Source of the DNA: an uncultured delta proteobacterium | GTDB lineage: Bacteria > Myxococcota_A > UBA9160 > UBA4427 | Direction: 5' to 3' | Assembly: GCA_963822965.1 (NCBI GenBank) | Contig: CAWGJT010000010.1 | Span: 448,001 to 512,000, forward strand | DNA length: 64,000 bases | Part shown: positions 39,618 to 50,270 of the stretch, in pieces | Layout: each line of letters begins with the position of its first letter | Numbering within the stretch: position 1 is the stretch's first letter | Translations under genes and position numbers: made by a program | Notes under the pieces: generated by a model | Seen by the model: the letters and a program-made list of their open reading frames with translations, nothing else | Told to the model about the DNA's origin: nothing | The model's database searches: none

Positions 39618-41847
39618 CGCGCGAGACCGCCAGCGCAGCAGGCGGATGGAGTTTCCCGTCACCACTACGGACGAGAGGCTCATCGCGAGGGCGGCGTGCA
39701 GCGGCTCGAGGACGCCGGCTACCGCGAGGGGCACCGCGATCGCGTTGTAGGCGAGGGCCAGTCCGAGGTTCTCGCGAATGCGCTGGAACGCGCTGCGCGA
39801 GAGGTCCACGAGATCGGGCAGCGCGCCCAGCCGCGAGGCGAGGATCACCACGTCGGCGGCGTCCACGGTGACGTCGGAGCCCTGGGCGATGGCCACGCCC
39901 ACGTCGGCGGCCGCGAGGGCCGCGGCGTCGTTGATGCCGTCGCCCACCGCCACCACCGCGCCCCCTTCCGCCCGCCGGCTCTCGATGGCCTGGACCTTCT
40001 GCTCGGGGTTGACCCCGGCCTGGTAGCGGGCGATTCCGGCCCGCTCCGCGGCGAGACGCACGGCCCCCGGATGGTCGCCGCTCACCAGGGAGACGCGAAC
40101 GCCCAGCCCGGCGAGCCGCACGACGGCGTCGCGTGCGTCCTCGCGCAGGGGATCGGCGCCCGCGATGACGCCGGTCGCGGTCGCGCCGCGGGCCACCCAG
40201 GCCAGGCTGAGTCCCCGCTCGGCGAGCTTCGCGGCCGCTTCGTCGAGCTCACGGGGCACCCGGACGCCCGCTTTCGCGAGCAGCGCCCGCGAGCCCACGC
40301 GCAGCAGTCGTGCCGTCGGGCAGCGGCGCCTCGACGCCGCGCCCGGGCAGGGTGCGGCGTTCGAGATCCCCGTCGTGGATCCGCCCGCGCCGCTCCGCGG
40401 CCTGGCGGATCGCGACCGCCAGGGGATGGGTCGAGTGCCCTTCCGCCCGGGCCGCGTCCGCGAGCACGGCGTCGGCCTCGAAGCCGGGCGCCGCGGCGAC
40501 CTCGTCCACCGCGAAGCAGCCCCGGGTCACGGTGCCCGTCTTGTCGAGCACGACGCTGCCGGTGGCCGCGCAGCGCTCGAGGGCCGCTCCGCTCTTCACG
40601 AGGATGCCGAGCTCCGCGGCCCGGCCGATCGCGGCCGTCACGGCCGCCGGGGTGGCGAGCCCGAGCGCGCAGGGGCAGGCGACGATCAGCACGGCCGCCG
40701 CCGTGAGCGCGATCTCGAGGGGCGCCGCGCCGGCCCACCACCAGCCCAGCGCGGTGGCGGCGGCGACGACCAGCACCGCGGGCGCGAAGACCGCCGCGAC
40801 CCGATCTGCGAGCTGCTGCACGTGGGGGCGCGACAGCTGGGCGCGCTCCAGCAGATCGGTGAGCCGGGCGAGGGTTCCGCTCCCGACGGGCTCGCTCACC
40901 TCGATCTCGATCTCGCTCAGCAGGTTCGTGGATCCGCCGACCACCGGATCTCCCGCCCGTCGCAGGACCGGCGTCGCCTCGCCGGTGAGGAGCGCCTCGT
41001 CGAGCTCCGTCGCACCCGCCCGGATGCATCCGTCCACGGGCACGCGCTCGCCGGCGGCGATGCGGACGATGTCGCCGCGGACGAGGCTGTCGACGGGCAC
41101 GGCCTCGAAGCCCTGCGGCCCCCGGCGCCAGGCGGTCTCCGGGGACAGGTCCATCAGGCGATCGACGGCGCCGGCGGCGCGGGCCCGCGCCCCGCGTTCC
41201 AGGGTGCGCCCCAGCAGGATCAGGAAGACGATCAGGGCCGCCGAGTCCATGTACAGGTGGGTCGACTCGGCGACGGTTCCGACGACGCTCACCACGAACG
41301 ACGTGCCGACGCCCAGCACGATGGGGACGTCGACGGTGAGCTCGCGTCGCCGCAGGCCCGAGAAGGGCGCCCCGCCAGAAGGGGAGGGCGCACCACGTCA
41401 CGGCGGGAACCGAGAGGGCGATGGCCAGCCAGCGGAGCATCCGGCGCAGCTCGGGGTCGAGGCCCTGGTAGCTCCCGATGTAGAGCGCGGCGGCGATCCA
41501 CATGACGTTGCCTGCGAGGAAGGCGGCCACGAGCACGCGGGTGAGGGCGCTGGCGGGCGTCTCCCTGGGCCGCAGCGGTCCAGGGAGGCCGGGTCGTAGG
41601 GCGTGGCCGTGTAGCCGAGCTGCTCGACCTGGGCGACGAGGTCCGACGGCGACACCCGCGTCCGCGTCGTAGCGGACGCGGGCGCGGTGGGTCGTGTAGT
41701 TGACCGACGCCTCGGCGATCGCCCGGCATGGCGCGCAGAGCGCGCTCGACGCGGTTGACGCAGCCCGCACAGCGGAGCCCTTCGAGGAGCAGGCCGGTCT
41801 CCGCGTTCCGTCGCCGAACCGGGGGCGGGCGGGCTCGCGGCGGACAT
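39614..41847 (-). CDS. ccoI: Heavy-metal (copper) P1B-type ATPase CcoI (frameshifted)
   Basis: LTGE, ACPCALGLA, DKTGT, HP, GDGINDA. Confidence 0.85.
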
Positions 41848-42377
41848 CAGTGGGGTCCGCCGGCGCGCCAGAGGTCGACCTGTCGTCGCAGCAGGGCGTC
41901 ACCGCGCTCCGCCGTCACCACCAGCCGCCAGCGTCCCGCGAGGGGCAGCGGAACGTCGCCCGAGAGCCGCCCCGGAGTCCGGTGCCAGGGCGAAGTCCGC
42001 GTCGTAGCCGACTCCGCGGGTCGCAGGCGGCGGACGCTGACCTGCAGCGAGTCGGGGCGCGGCGCCCGCATTCGCGGTCGGGTCGCCGGGCGCGTCGATC
42101 CGGGCCTCCACGCGCACGCCCTCGTGCCGGTTTCCCGGGTGGCGACGTCGAGCGCCGAGGCCGGCGTCCTCGGCGGCGCGCTCCGCAGCGACGGCGTCGT
42201 TGTACGCGAGGCCCGCCGTCCAGGCGTCCGCCACCACCAGCCCGTCGGGATGGGCGGACGCGATGCTCAGCAGGCACAGGGAGCTCGCGATCATCGCCAG
42301 CGAGCAGGCCCGTGAGCAGCCAGGGCCACGGCTCGAAGCGGCGTCGGGGCGGGGCGGCTGCGGGGTCAGCCTCTCAT
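41847..42377 (-). CDS. ccoH: FixH/CcoH-like protein (frameshifted)
   Basis: EPWPWL + TM, HPDGLVVADAW, PLAGRWRLVV; position between ccoG and ccoI. Confidence 0.6.
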
Positions 42378-43695
42378 GGTGCCTCCTGCCGGGCTCGAGG
42401 AAGCGGACCTCCCGGGACAGGCCGTGCGAGCGTCCCGTCGATCGGCTCGACCACGAAGCGTACCCGATGCGAATCGCTCGGGAGACAGCGTCCTCGCGCG
42501 CGATCACGAACACCCGGGCCTCCCGGGCGCTCACCGCGGGAACCGTGATGGGGTTCATGCCCGGCGACCAGCTCGAAGTCGCCGTCCGGCTCGATGCCGG
42601 ATGCGGAAGCGCCGCTCCTCGCCGCTCGCGGTTCTCGACCTGCAGGGTGAAGGCGTTGCCGACGCGCCCGTCGGCCGTCGTGGTGTAGAGGGACTCGCGG
42701 TTGTGGACCACGTCAGGCCCATGGGCTCGCGCAGCGCGAGCAGGGTCGCGAAGCTCGCGACCGCCGCGGCCGAGCAGGGCGCCGTAGACGAGCACGCGCG
42801 GCCGAGCCAGCCGCAGCCCGGCCCAGCCGGAGAGGCCCGCCAGGGTGCGGTAGCCGATCAGGTTGCGCGGTCGGCCGAGCCGCTCCATCACGCCGTTGCA
42901 GGCGTCGATGCACTGGGTGCAGGCGATGCAGTCGAGCTGCAGGCCGTCGCGGATGTCGATGTCGCTCGGGCAGACGACCACGCACAGGCCGGCAGTCCAC
43001 GCAGTCGCCCGTCGTGGTGCCCCGCTTGCCGCGCGGCTCGCCGCGCTCGGCTGTCGTAGCCCGACGACGAGGGTGTCCCGATCGAAGAGCACCCCCTGGA
43101 AGCGCGCGTACGGGCACAGGAAGCGGCAGAAGATCTGGCGCATGAAGACGAAGTCCAGGTAGCGCCAGGGTCGACGCGGCCAGCAGGAACCCGACGGCGA
43201 CCGGGATGCATGGTCCCGGCGCGAGCGTCGGCGATCATCGCGTAGGGCGAGAGGAAGTAGCCGACCAGGTGGAAGCCGATCACCAGCGAGAGCGACGAGC
43301 CACACGCGCGTGGGTGAGCGCGACGCGCCAGACGGCGACGTGCCGCGGCGGCGTCGTGCCCTTCCAGCCCTGGATGCGCCTCGCGATGCCGGCGAAGAGG
43401 TCGGTGAAGACCGTCTGCGGGCACGCCCAGCCGCACCAGAGGCGCCCGAAGAGCGCCGTGAAGAAGAAGAGCGACGAGGGCCAGGCCGATCACCACCAGC
43501 CACAGGAAGTAGAGCTCCTGGGGGAAGATCACGAGCCCGAAGACGTGGAAGCGGCGCGCCGGGACGTCGAGCAGCACCAGAGGCTCGCCCCCGATGCGGA
43601 TCCACGGGATCGCGAAGAGGATCGCGATCAGGACGACGTCCGCGCGCGTCCGCAGCGAGCGGAAGAAGCCCCTGGACGGGTCGCGCGTTCAGCAT
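42374..43695 (-). CDS. ccoG: CcoG/FixG ferredoxin-like membrane protein (frameshifted)
   Basis: WCGWACPQTV, CRFLCPYARFQ, CVVVCP..IDIRDGLQLDCIACTQCIDAC. Confidence 0.85.
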
Positions 43696-43714
43696 CGCCG
43701 CGTTCGTCCGGTCC

Positions 43715-44288
43715 TCAGCTGCCCGGGGTTCCGGGAGCCGTGTAGCCGGGCGCGCCCACACCGGGCTCGTCGCTCTTCGGGCAGCGTCTCCACGTAGGCC
43801 AGCACCTTCCAGATCTTCTCGCTGCCGAGCACCGGCCCCCACGGCGGCATGCCCAGCGGGCGCCCGCCGGAAACCGTCTCGAAGAGCTCGGCGTCGCTGT
43901 GGCCGTACTTCCAGTACGGGTCGACCAGGCTCGGTCCCACGAGCCCGCTGGCGTCGGGCTTGTGGCACGCGACGCAGATCTCGGTGAACACCTTCTGGCC
44001 CTCGGCGATGGCCGCGGGGTCGCCGTGGTAGGGGTTCACGTCGGGAAGCTGCTCGCGCACCGCGGCCGCGCGCGCTTCGGCGAGCAGCACCTCGTCCTCG
44101 TACTGGCCGACCTGCGACCAGCCCGAGAACAGGTAGTAGGGGATGTAGACGACGCCGAACACGATCGTCCCGAAGAAGCGTGACGGTGAACCAGCTCGGG
44201 ATCGGGTTGTCGTCCTCGCCGGATGCCGTCGCGCGGCGCGCCGTCCGCGCTGGGGTACTCGGCGATCTCTCCGTCGCGATGCGGTCAT
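43715..44288 (-). CDS. ccoP: cbb3 oxidase subunit III, monoheme (frameshifted, end approximate)
   Basis: EDDNPIPSWF, TM, CVACH, GPSL, GMPPW. Confidence 0.85.
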
Positions 44289-44453
44289 CGGACCTCCTCC
44301 TGCGGATCGTCGTCCTCCAGCATGCGTCGGGCCGGCTCCTCCAGCTGCTCCTTGCGGGAGGGCACGAAGAGCCAGATCGCGATCCCGAGCAGGGTCGAGC
44401 GCCAGGAACGCCAGCCGCGCGAACTTGTACAGGCCGGCCCACTCCTCCATCAC
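44285..44453 (-). CDS. ccoQ: cbb3 oxidase small subunit (frameshifted)
   Basis: Short TM peptide ending [22 protein letters not shown] between ccoO and ccoP. Confidence 0.65.
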
Positions 44454-45166
44454 GGGCGCCCCTCCGCGCCATGCGCGACCGGCGTGCTCGCGGCACCGCG
44501 CGTCCCAGCGACTGCAGGTAGGCGATCACCGCGATCGCCCTCGCTGCGCGCCTGCACGTCCGTGAGCTCGATGCCGTCCTTCCGCAGCGAGGCGGCGACC
44601 GTCTCGGCCTGCGGCGAGCGCGTCCCGGGCGCCGTTCTCGATCTCGGTCTCCGAGTAGGGGTGGCCGAGGCGCGCCAGCGTGCGCATGCGGGCCGACGTG
44701 AGCGACGTGTCGAGCGGCGTGTCGAGCAGGAACTCGAACGAGCGGCATGTTCGAGCGCGGCTCGATGTTCCGGGGGTTCTCGCAGGTGGAGCCAGTGCCA
44801 GGAGTCGGGGTACTTCTTCCCGACCCGGGCGAGGTCCGGACCGGTGCGCCGGGAGCCCCACAGGAAGGGACGGTCGTAGATGCCCTCGCCGGCCATGGAG
44901 AAGGGGCCGTAGCGGTCGGTCTCGGTCTTGAACGGGCGCACCTGCTGGCTGTGGCAGACGTTGCAGCCCTCGCGGATGTAGATGTCGCGCCCCTCGAGCT
45001 CGAGGGCGGCTGTAGGGGCGCACGCCCGGCGATGGGCTCGATGGTGCCCTGCAGGAAGAAGGGCGGGACGAGCAGACAGACGCCGCCCACGCGTGACGGC
45101 CAGGAACGTCAGGACGGTGAGGCGGATCCAGCGTGCCTCGATCGCGCGATGCCACTCGTGGGCCAT
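44450..45166 (-). CDS. ccoO: cbb3 oxidase subunit II (frameshifted)
   Basis: [39 protein letters not shown]. Confidence 0.9.
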   Translation of the reverse strand: MAHEWHRAIEARWIRLTVLTFLAVTRGRRLSARPALLPAGHHRAHRRACAPTAALELEGRDIYIREGCNVCHSQQVRPFKTETDRYGPFSMAGEGIYDRPFLWGSRRTGPDLARVGKKYPDSWHWLHLREPPEHRAALEHAARSSSCSTRRSTRRSRRPACARWRASATPTRRPRSRTAPGTRSPQAETVAASLRKDGIELTDVQARSEGDRGDRLPAVAGTRGAASTPVAHGAEGRP

Positions 45167-45168
45167 GG

Positions 45169-46622
45169 CTAGCGACCTCCCGCCACGGCGCGGCGCCGCC
45201 GCGAGGTCCGGCTCGGGCGCCTCGGCGGTGCCCTGCCGGATCGTCATCAGCGACGTTGTAGAACATGACGAAGACGCCGGAGAGGAAGACCGCGCCGCCG
45301 AACGGCGCGGATCACGTCGTAGATGCGGATGGCCGCGACGCTCTCGATGAAGGTGTAGGCGAGGCTGCCGTCCGGGTTCACGGCGCGCCACATCAGGCCC
45401 TGGGTCACGCCGGAGATCCACATCGGCGTGACGTAGAGGATGATTCCGAGCGTCGCGACCCAGAAGTGGGCCTCGGCCAGGCGCACGCTGTAGAGCTGCG
45501 TGTGCCAGAGCCGCGGGATCATGTAGTAGAGCGTGGCGAAGCAGGTGAGCGCCACCCATCCGAGCGCGCCCGAGTGCACGTGGCCGATGGTCCAGTTGGT
45601 GAAGTGCGAGAGCGAGTTCACCGTCTTCACGGCCATCATCGGACCCTCGAAGGTGCTCATTCCGTAGAACGTGAGGCCGACGGCGAACATCTTGAGGATC
45701 GGGTCGGTCCGCACCCGGTCCCAGGCGCCGCGCATGCGTGAGCAGGCCGTTCAACATGCCGCCCCAGGAGGGCAGGATCAGCATCACGGAGAACGCCGTG
45801 CCGAAGGTCTGGGTCCAGTCCGGAAGCGGCGAGTAGATCAGGTGGTGGGGGCCGGCCCAGATGTAGATGAAGATCAGCGACCAGAAGTGCAGGATCGAGA
45901 GGCGATGGGAGTAGATCGGCCGGTCGATCTGCTTCGGCAGGAAGTAGTACATCAGGCCGAGGATCGGCGTGGTCAGCAGGAAGCCCACGGCGTTGTGCCC
46001 GTACCACCACTGGATGTTGGCGTCGTAGACGCCCGCGTACATCGAGTACGACTTCCACATGGAGACCGGCAGCTCCATGCTGTTCACGATGTGGAGCATG
46101 CCGATGGTCAGGATCGTGGCGATCCAGAACCACACGGCGGCGTACAGCCCCTTCTCGCGGCGCCGGGCCAGGGTGCCGAACACGTTGACCGCGTAGACGA
46201 CCCACACGACCGTGATGGCGATGTCGATGGGCCACTCGAGCTCGGCGTACTCCTTGGAGGTGGTCTTGCCCAGCGAGCAGGCTGACGGCGGCTGCGACGA
46301 TGATGGCGTTCCAGCCCCACAGGTTGATGCGCGAGAGCGTGTCGGAGAACATGCGCACCCGGCACAGCCGCTGGATGCCGTAGTAGCTGCCCGCGAACAC
46401 CACCCCCAGCGTGAAGCCGAAGATGACGGCGTTGGTGTGCAGGGGCCGGATGCGTCCGAAGTGGAGGTACGGGCCCCAGTTCGCCTCCGGCCACGCGAGC
46501 TGGATGGCGGCGAGCAGGCCCACCATCATCCCCACGATCCCCCACACGAGGGCGGAGATCGCGAACCCGCGCACCACCTGCATGTCGTACTGCTCGACGG
46601 CCTCGCTCCGTCCCGATGTCAC
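45169..46622 (-). CDS. ccoN: cbb3 oxidase subunit I (frameshifted)
   Basis: [38 protein letters not shown]. Confidence 0.93.
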
Positions 46623-46703
46623 GAGCACCTCCCTCGACTCTCTTCCGGTGGTCCGTCTCGAGCTTCTCGCCCGGCCCTCCGGGGCGAGGGCAACCGCCGC
46701 AAG

Positions 46704-46719
46704 TGCACGAACGGTGCCG
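46704..46719 (-). promoter_or_regulatory. Putative sigma54 promoter of the cco operon
   Basis: Minus strand CGGCACCGTTCGTGCA about 80 nt above the ccoN start. Confidence 0.5.
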
Positions 46720-46877
46720 AGATGGAGATGTGTTCTCGCTGTCCCTCGCGCGGGCCCATGGTGCGTTTGGCCCCGAAAGTAGTGGAAATGAGTCACCTGG
46801 ACCCACCGATCGGTCGGCAGCCTCGGCATGATTCCGAGAGGAGCGGGTCCCCGCCCGCCGTGGCATGCTCGCCAGCC

Positions 46878-47357
46878 ATGAGGCACACGGGCTGTCGTTG
46901 GAGGGGGGCCGCCACGACCGCGTGGCGGATCGGTCTGGTCGGGCTGGGGATCCTCGTGGGCGTCGCCGTCGGCGGGTGCTCGAACGGCGTCTCCGGCCGG
47001 GTGCGGAGCGCGACGTACCCGCCGGACTTCCACTACATCACGCGCGAGAAGCTGACGTCGACCATGTGGCAGCTGGCCGACCTCGTCACCCGCCTCGACC
47101 ATACCCTCCGCGACGCCCAGGAGTCGGACACGGCCCGGCGCGGCCAGGCGATCCAGATCCTGCAGTCGATGGAGGCGGCCTCCCAGGCGTTGGGCCAGGG
47201 GGGATGGCCCTCCAATCATCCCCGGGTCAGCCGCAACATCGAGAGCTTTCGGGAGTCCGTGCGCGCCGCGAAGCGGGATCTCGAGCTCGACCCGCCCAGC
47301 TACTTCCGTGCGGGAAGCATCTCCGGTGCCTGCCTGCACTGCCACCAGGCGCCCTAG
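46878..47357 (+). CDS. Lipoprotein monoheme cytochrome c (cytochrome c'-like)
   Basis: Lipobox-like VGGC; helical body; C-terminal CLHCH. Confidence 0.8.
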   Translation: MRHTGCRWRGAATTAWRIGLVGLGILVGVAVGGCSNGVSGRVRSATYPPDFHYITREKLTSTMWQLADLVTRLDHTLRDAQESDTARRGQAIQILQSMEAASQALGQGGWPSNHPRVSRNIESFRESVRAAKRDLELDPPSYFRAGSISGACLHCHQAP

Positions 47358-47362
47358 GACAA

Positions 47363-47460
47363 GGGCTCGCGAGAGGAGGAGGGCTCGCGAGAGGAGGAGG
47401 GCTCGCGAGAGGAAGCGGGCTCGCGAGAGGAAGCGGGCTCCGCGAGAGGAAGCGGGCTCC
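47363..47460 (+). repeat. 18-bp tandem repeat, 5 copies plus partial
   Basis: GGGCTCGCGAGAGGAGGA x2, GGGCTCGCGAGAGGAAGC x2, then a 19-bp variant. Confidence 0.9.
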
Positions 47461-47474
47461 CGAGCCGGGGCGCC

Positions 47475-47786
47475 TCAGGCGCAGCGCACGCAGACGTCCG
47501 TGGCGGGCATGGCGACGAGTCGCTTGTCTCCGATCGGCTGCCCGCAGCGTGCGCACGTCCCGTAGTCGCCGGCGTCCATGCGGCGGAGGGCAGCGCGGAT
47601 CAGCTCGAGCTCGGCGTGCTCGGCGCTCCCCAGCTGCTGCAGGACCTCGACGTTCTCCGCCTCCGTCGCGTACTCCTCGAAGTCCCGGGCGGGCTCGCTG
47701 CGGAGATCCGATTCGATCCTTCCGGTTCTCGAGACGAGCACCCGTCGGCGCTCCTCCAGGTGCCTGCGCGTGGCTTCCAGATCCAT
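47475..47786 (-). CDS. TraR/DksA C4 zinc-finger protein
   Basis: Coiled coil, YGTCARCG...RLVAMP...CVRC. Confidence 0.88.
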   Translation of the reverse strand: MDLEATRRHLEERRRVLVSRTGRIESDLRSEPARDFEEYATEAENVEVLQQLGSAEHAELELIRAALRRMDAGDYGTCARCGQPIGDKRLVAMPATDVCVRCA

Positions 47787-47947
47787 CCGGCCTTCTCCTC
47801 GGGGCGTGTCCCCGCAACCCGGTCGAGGCTCGCGGCAGCGTCGGGGCGTGTCAAGGGCTCCCGGGCCGGGGCGCTCCGTCGGGCCGGGGCGCTGCTCGCC
47901 CCGGCCAGACGCATTATCGTTCCGAGCGTCCGCCAGGGAGGTGACCC

Positions 47948-48493
47948 ATGAAGCCCGAAGAGTGTGTCCTCTACAGCGGTGCCGCCAGCGGCGCCGAGTC
48001 CGCGTTCGGCGAGGCGGCGGAGCGCCGCGGGATCGAGGAGGTGAACTTCACGTTCGAAGGGCACAACGACGCGCGCCGCCGGGGCATCCGGGTGCTGACC
48101 CACCGCGAGCTCGAGCAGGGGGACGTGAGTCTGGCGTACGTGTCGAAGCTCATGCACCGGCGCTATCGCGACACCCCGCTCTTCAAGAAGGTGCTGCAGA
48201 GCATCTGGCACCAGGTGAACAGCGGCCAGGAGATCTACGTGGTCGGCAAGATCCTGGACGACGACACGGTGAAGGGCGGCACCGGCTGGGGGGCCGAGTT
48301 CGCGAAGCTGTGCAACAAGCCGCTCCGGGTGTTCGACCAGGATCGCGACGGCTGGTTCGAGTGGACCGCCGAAGGCTGGGCGGAGTGCACGCCGACCATC
48401 ACCCATCCCCGCTTCACCGGGACCGGCACCCGATTCCTCGAGCGCAACGGGCGCGATGCGATCGAGGAGCTGTTCCAGCGATCCTTCGCGTAG
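47948..48493 (+). CDS. Conserved hypothetical protein, possible SLOG/MoCo-carrier-like fold
   Basis: SGAASGAE and GGTGW glycine motifs; GGAGG RBS. Confidence 0.6.
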   Translation: MKPEECVLYSGAASGAESAFGEAAERRGIEEVNFTFEGHNDARRRGIRVLTHRELEQGDVSLAYVSKLMHRRYRDTPLFKKVLQSIWHQVNSGQEIYVVGKILDDDTVKGGTGWGAEFAKLCNKPLRVFDQDRDGWFEWTAEGWAECTPTITHPRFTGTGTRFLERNGRDAIEELFQRSFA

Positions 48494-48711
48494 GCCCGTC
48501 GTGGGCTCCCGTCCGGGGCGAAGCGCCCCGAAATTCGAGAACCTGGGGCGGAAGTCCGCGGCCACCTTCCGCTCGCGTCCGCCGATCCGCGCTCGCAACG
48601 CGATGAAGCGGCGCTCGCGCCCCGTCCGCCGGCGCGCCGCATGGGCATCCGGGTTGCACCCCTGGATCGCGGAGACGGGCGGAGGTCGAGGCGTTCGGAG
48701 GATCGGATCGG

Positions 48712-50247
48712 ATGTCCAGCTACCAGTACGAGCGCCTCTCGGGCCAGGACAACGACTTCCTGCTGTGGGAGACGCCCGAGCTGCCGATGCACGTGGCCAG
48801 CACCAACATCTTCGACGCCGGCCCCCTCCGCAACGCGTACGGCGGCATCGACTTCGAAGCGATCAAGCGGCTCACCGAGTCGGTGCTGCACCTGATCCCG
48901 CGCTATCGCCAGAAGATCGCCTGGATTCCGGGGGAGAAGCACGCGGTCTGGGTGGACGACGACCACTTCAACCTCGACTACCACTTCCGGCACACGAGCC
49001 TCCCCCGCCCCGGCACCGACGCCCAGCTCAAGACGCTCACCGCACGGCTCATGGAGCACTCGCTCGACCGCGCGCATCCCTTGTGGGAGACCTGGGTGGT
49101 GGAAGGCCTCGAAGGAGACCGCTTCGCGACGGTCAACAAGATCCATCACTGCATGGTCGACGGTGCGTCGGGGATGAACCTGTCGGAGCTGCTTCTCTCG
49201 CGGACCGCCGAGCGCGAGGTCCACCCGGCGCCCGGGTTCATCCCGCGGCCCGTGCCGTCGCCGGAGGAGCTGCGCAGCGACGAGCGGATCCGGAAGCTCA
49301 CCCTGCCGCTGCGGCTGGGCCGCGACGTCCTCGGCTTCGTGCGGGAGACCCCCGACGTGGTGGGCGAGCTGACGCACCGGGCCGAGCAGCTGGCGGGCCT
49401 GGCGCAGCGCAAGCTCTTCCCCGTCTCGCCGACGCCGATCAACGGCACGATCGGACCCCACCGCGTCGTGGACTGGTGCGAGATGGCCTTCGCCGACGTC
49501 AAGGCCCTGCGGCGCACGCTCGGATGCACGGTCAACGACGTCGTGCTCACGGCCGTCACCGGGGCGATCCGCGGGCTGATGCAGCGCCGCCAGGTGAATC
49601 CGGTGCGGCTCGACTTCCGGGTCAGCACGCCCGTGAACGTGCGTCGGGAACGCGGCAGCCAGGAGACCGGCAACTACGTGTCGTCCTGGGTGGTCCGGCT
49701 GCCGCTCGCCCTCGAGAAGCCGCTCGATCAGCTGGAGGCGATCCGCCGGACGACCTCGTCGCTGCGCGAGACCGACGAGGCGGGCGCCGTGAAGTTCGTG
49801 ATCGGCATGCTGGACGCCCTGGGGCTGAGCGTTCAGGACCTCTCGGTGGGCACCATGAACGCCATCGTGACCAACGTGCCGGGCCCGCCGTTTCCGCTGT
49901 ACATGCTGGGAGCCGAGCTGCGGCAGATGGTGCCCATCGCGCCGCTGATCGAGAACCTGGGCCTCTCCATCGGGGTGCTGACCTACAACGGCAGGCTCCT
50001 GTGGGGGTTCAACGCCGACGCCGATCGCATTCCGGATCTCTCCGACTTCCGTCGCGCCGTCCAGGACGCGTTCGCACGTCTGGCGGCCGCGGCCGGCGTG
50101 CGTCTCGGTGAGACGCCGCTGCTCGAGGCCGGCAGCGCACCGGAGGTGGACCTGCCCGCCGGCGAGTCGCCCGAGGCGCGGGCGCCGGGACGGGCCCGAC
50201 GGGAGAGCGCGCCCGCGCGGGGCGGAGGGGCCTCCGGGGCCTCCTGA
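48712..50247 (+). CDS. Wax ester synthase / diacylglycerol acyltransferase
   Basis: PMHV, PLWE, HHCMVDG catalytic motif, TVNDV, NVPGP. Confidence 0.93.
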   Translation: MSSYQYERLSGQDNDFLLWETPELPMHVASTNIFDAGPLRNAYGGIDFEAIKRLTESVLHLIPRYRQKIAWIPGEKHAVWVDDDHFNLDYHFRHTSLPRPGTDAQLKTLTARLMEHSLDRAHPLWETWVVEGLEGDRFATVNKIHHCMVDGASGMNLSELLLSRTAEREVHPAPGFIPRPVPSPEELRSDERIRKLTLPLRLGRDVLGFVRETPDVVGELTHRAEQLAGLAQRKLFPVSPTPINGTIGPHRVVDWCEMAFADVKALRRTLGCTVNDVVLTAVTGAIRGLMQRRQVNPVRLDFRVSTPVNVRRERGSQETGNYVSSWVVRLPLALEKPLDQLEAIRRTTSSLRETDEAGAVKFVIGMLDALGLSVQDLSVGTMNAIVTNVPGPPFPLYMLGAELRQMVPIAPLIENLGLSIGVLTYNGRLLWGFNADADRIPDLSDFRRAVQDAFARLAAAAGVRLGETPLLEAGSAPEVDLPAGESPEARAPGRARRESAPARGGGASGAS

Positions 50248-50270
50248 GCCGGGCGAATGGGACGCGCGCT

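Noticed and set aside
39441..46622. Programmed frameshifting or pseudogenisation of the cco operon
   Set aside because: Indels are scattered with no recurring slippery motif and metal ligands are retained; sequencing error is the simpler explanation.
47363..47460. Tandem repeat as a CRISPR array
   Set aside because: Head-to-tail units with no spacers.
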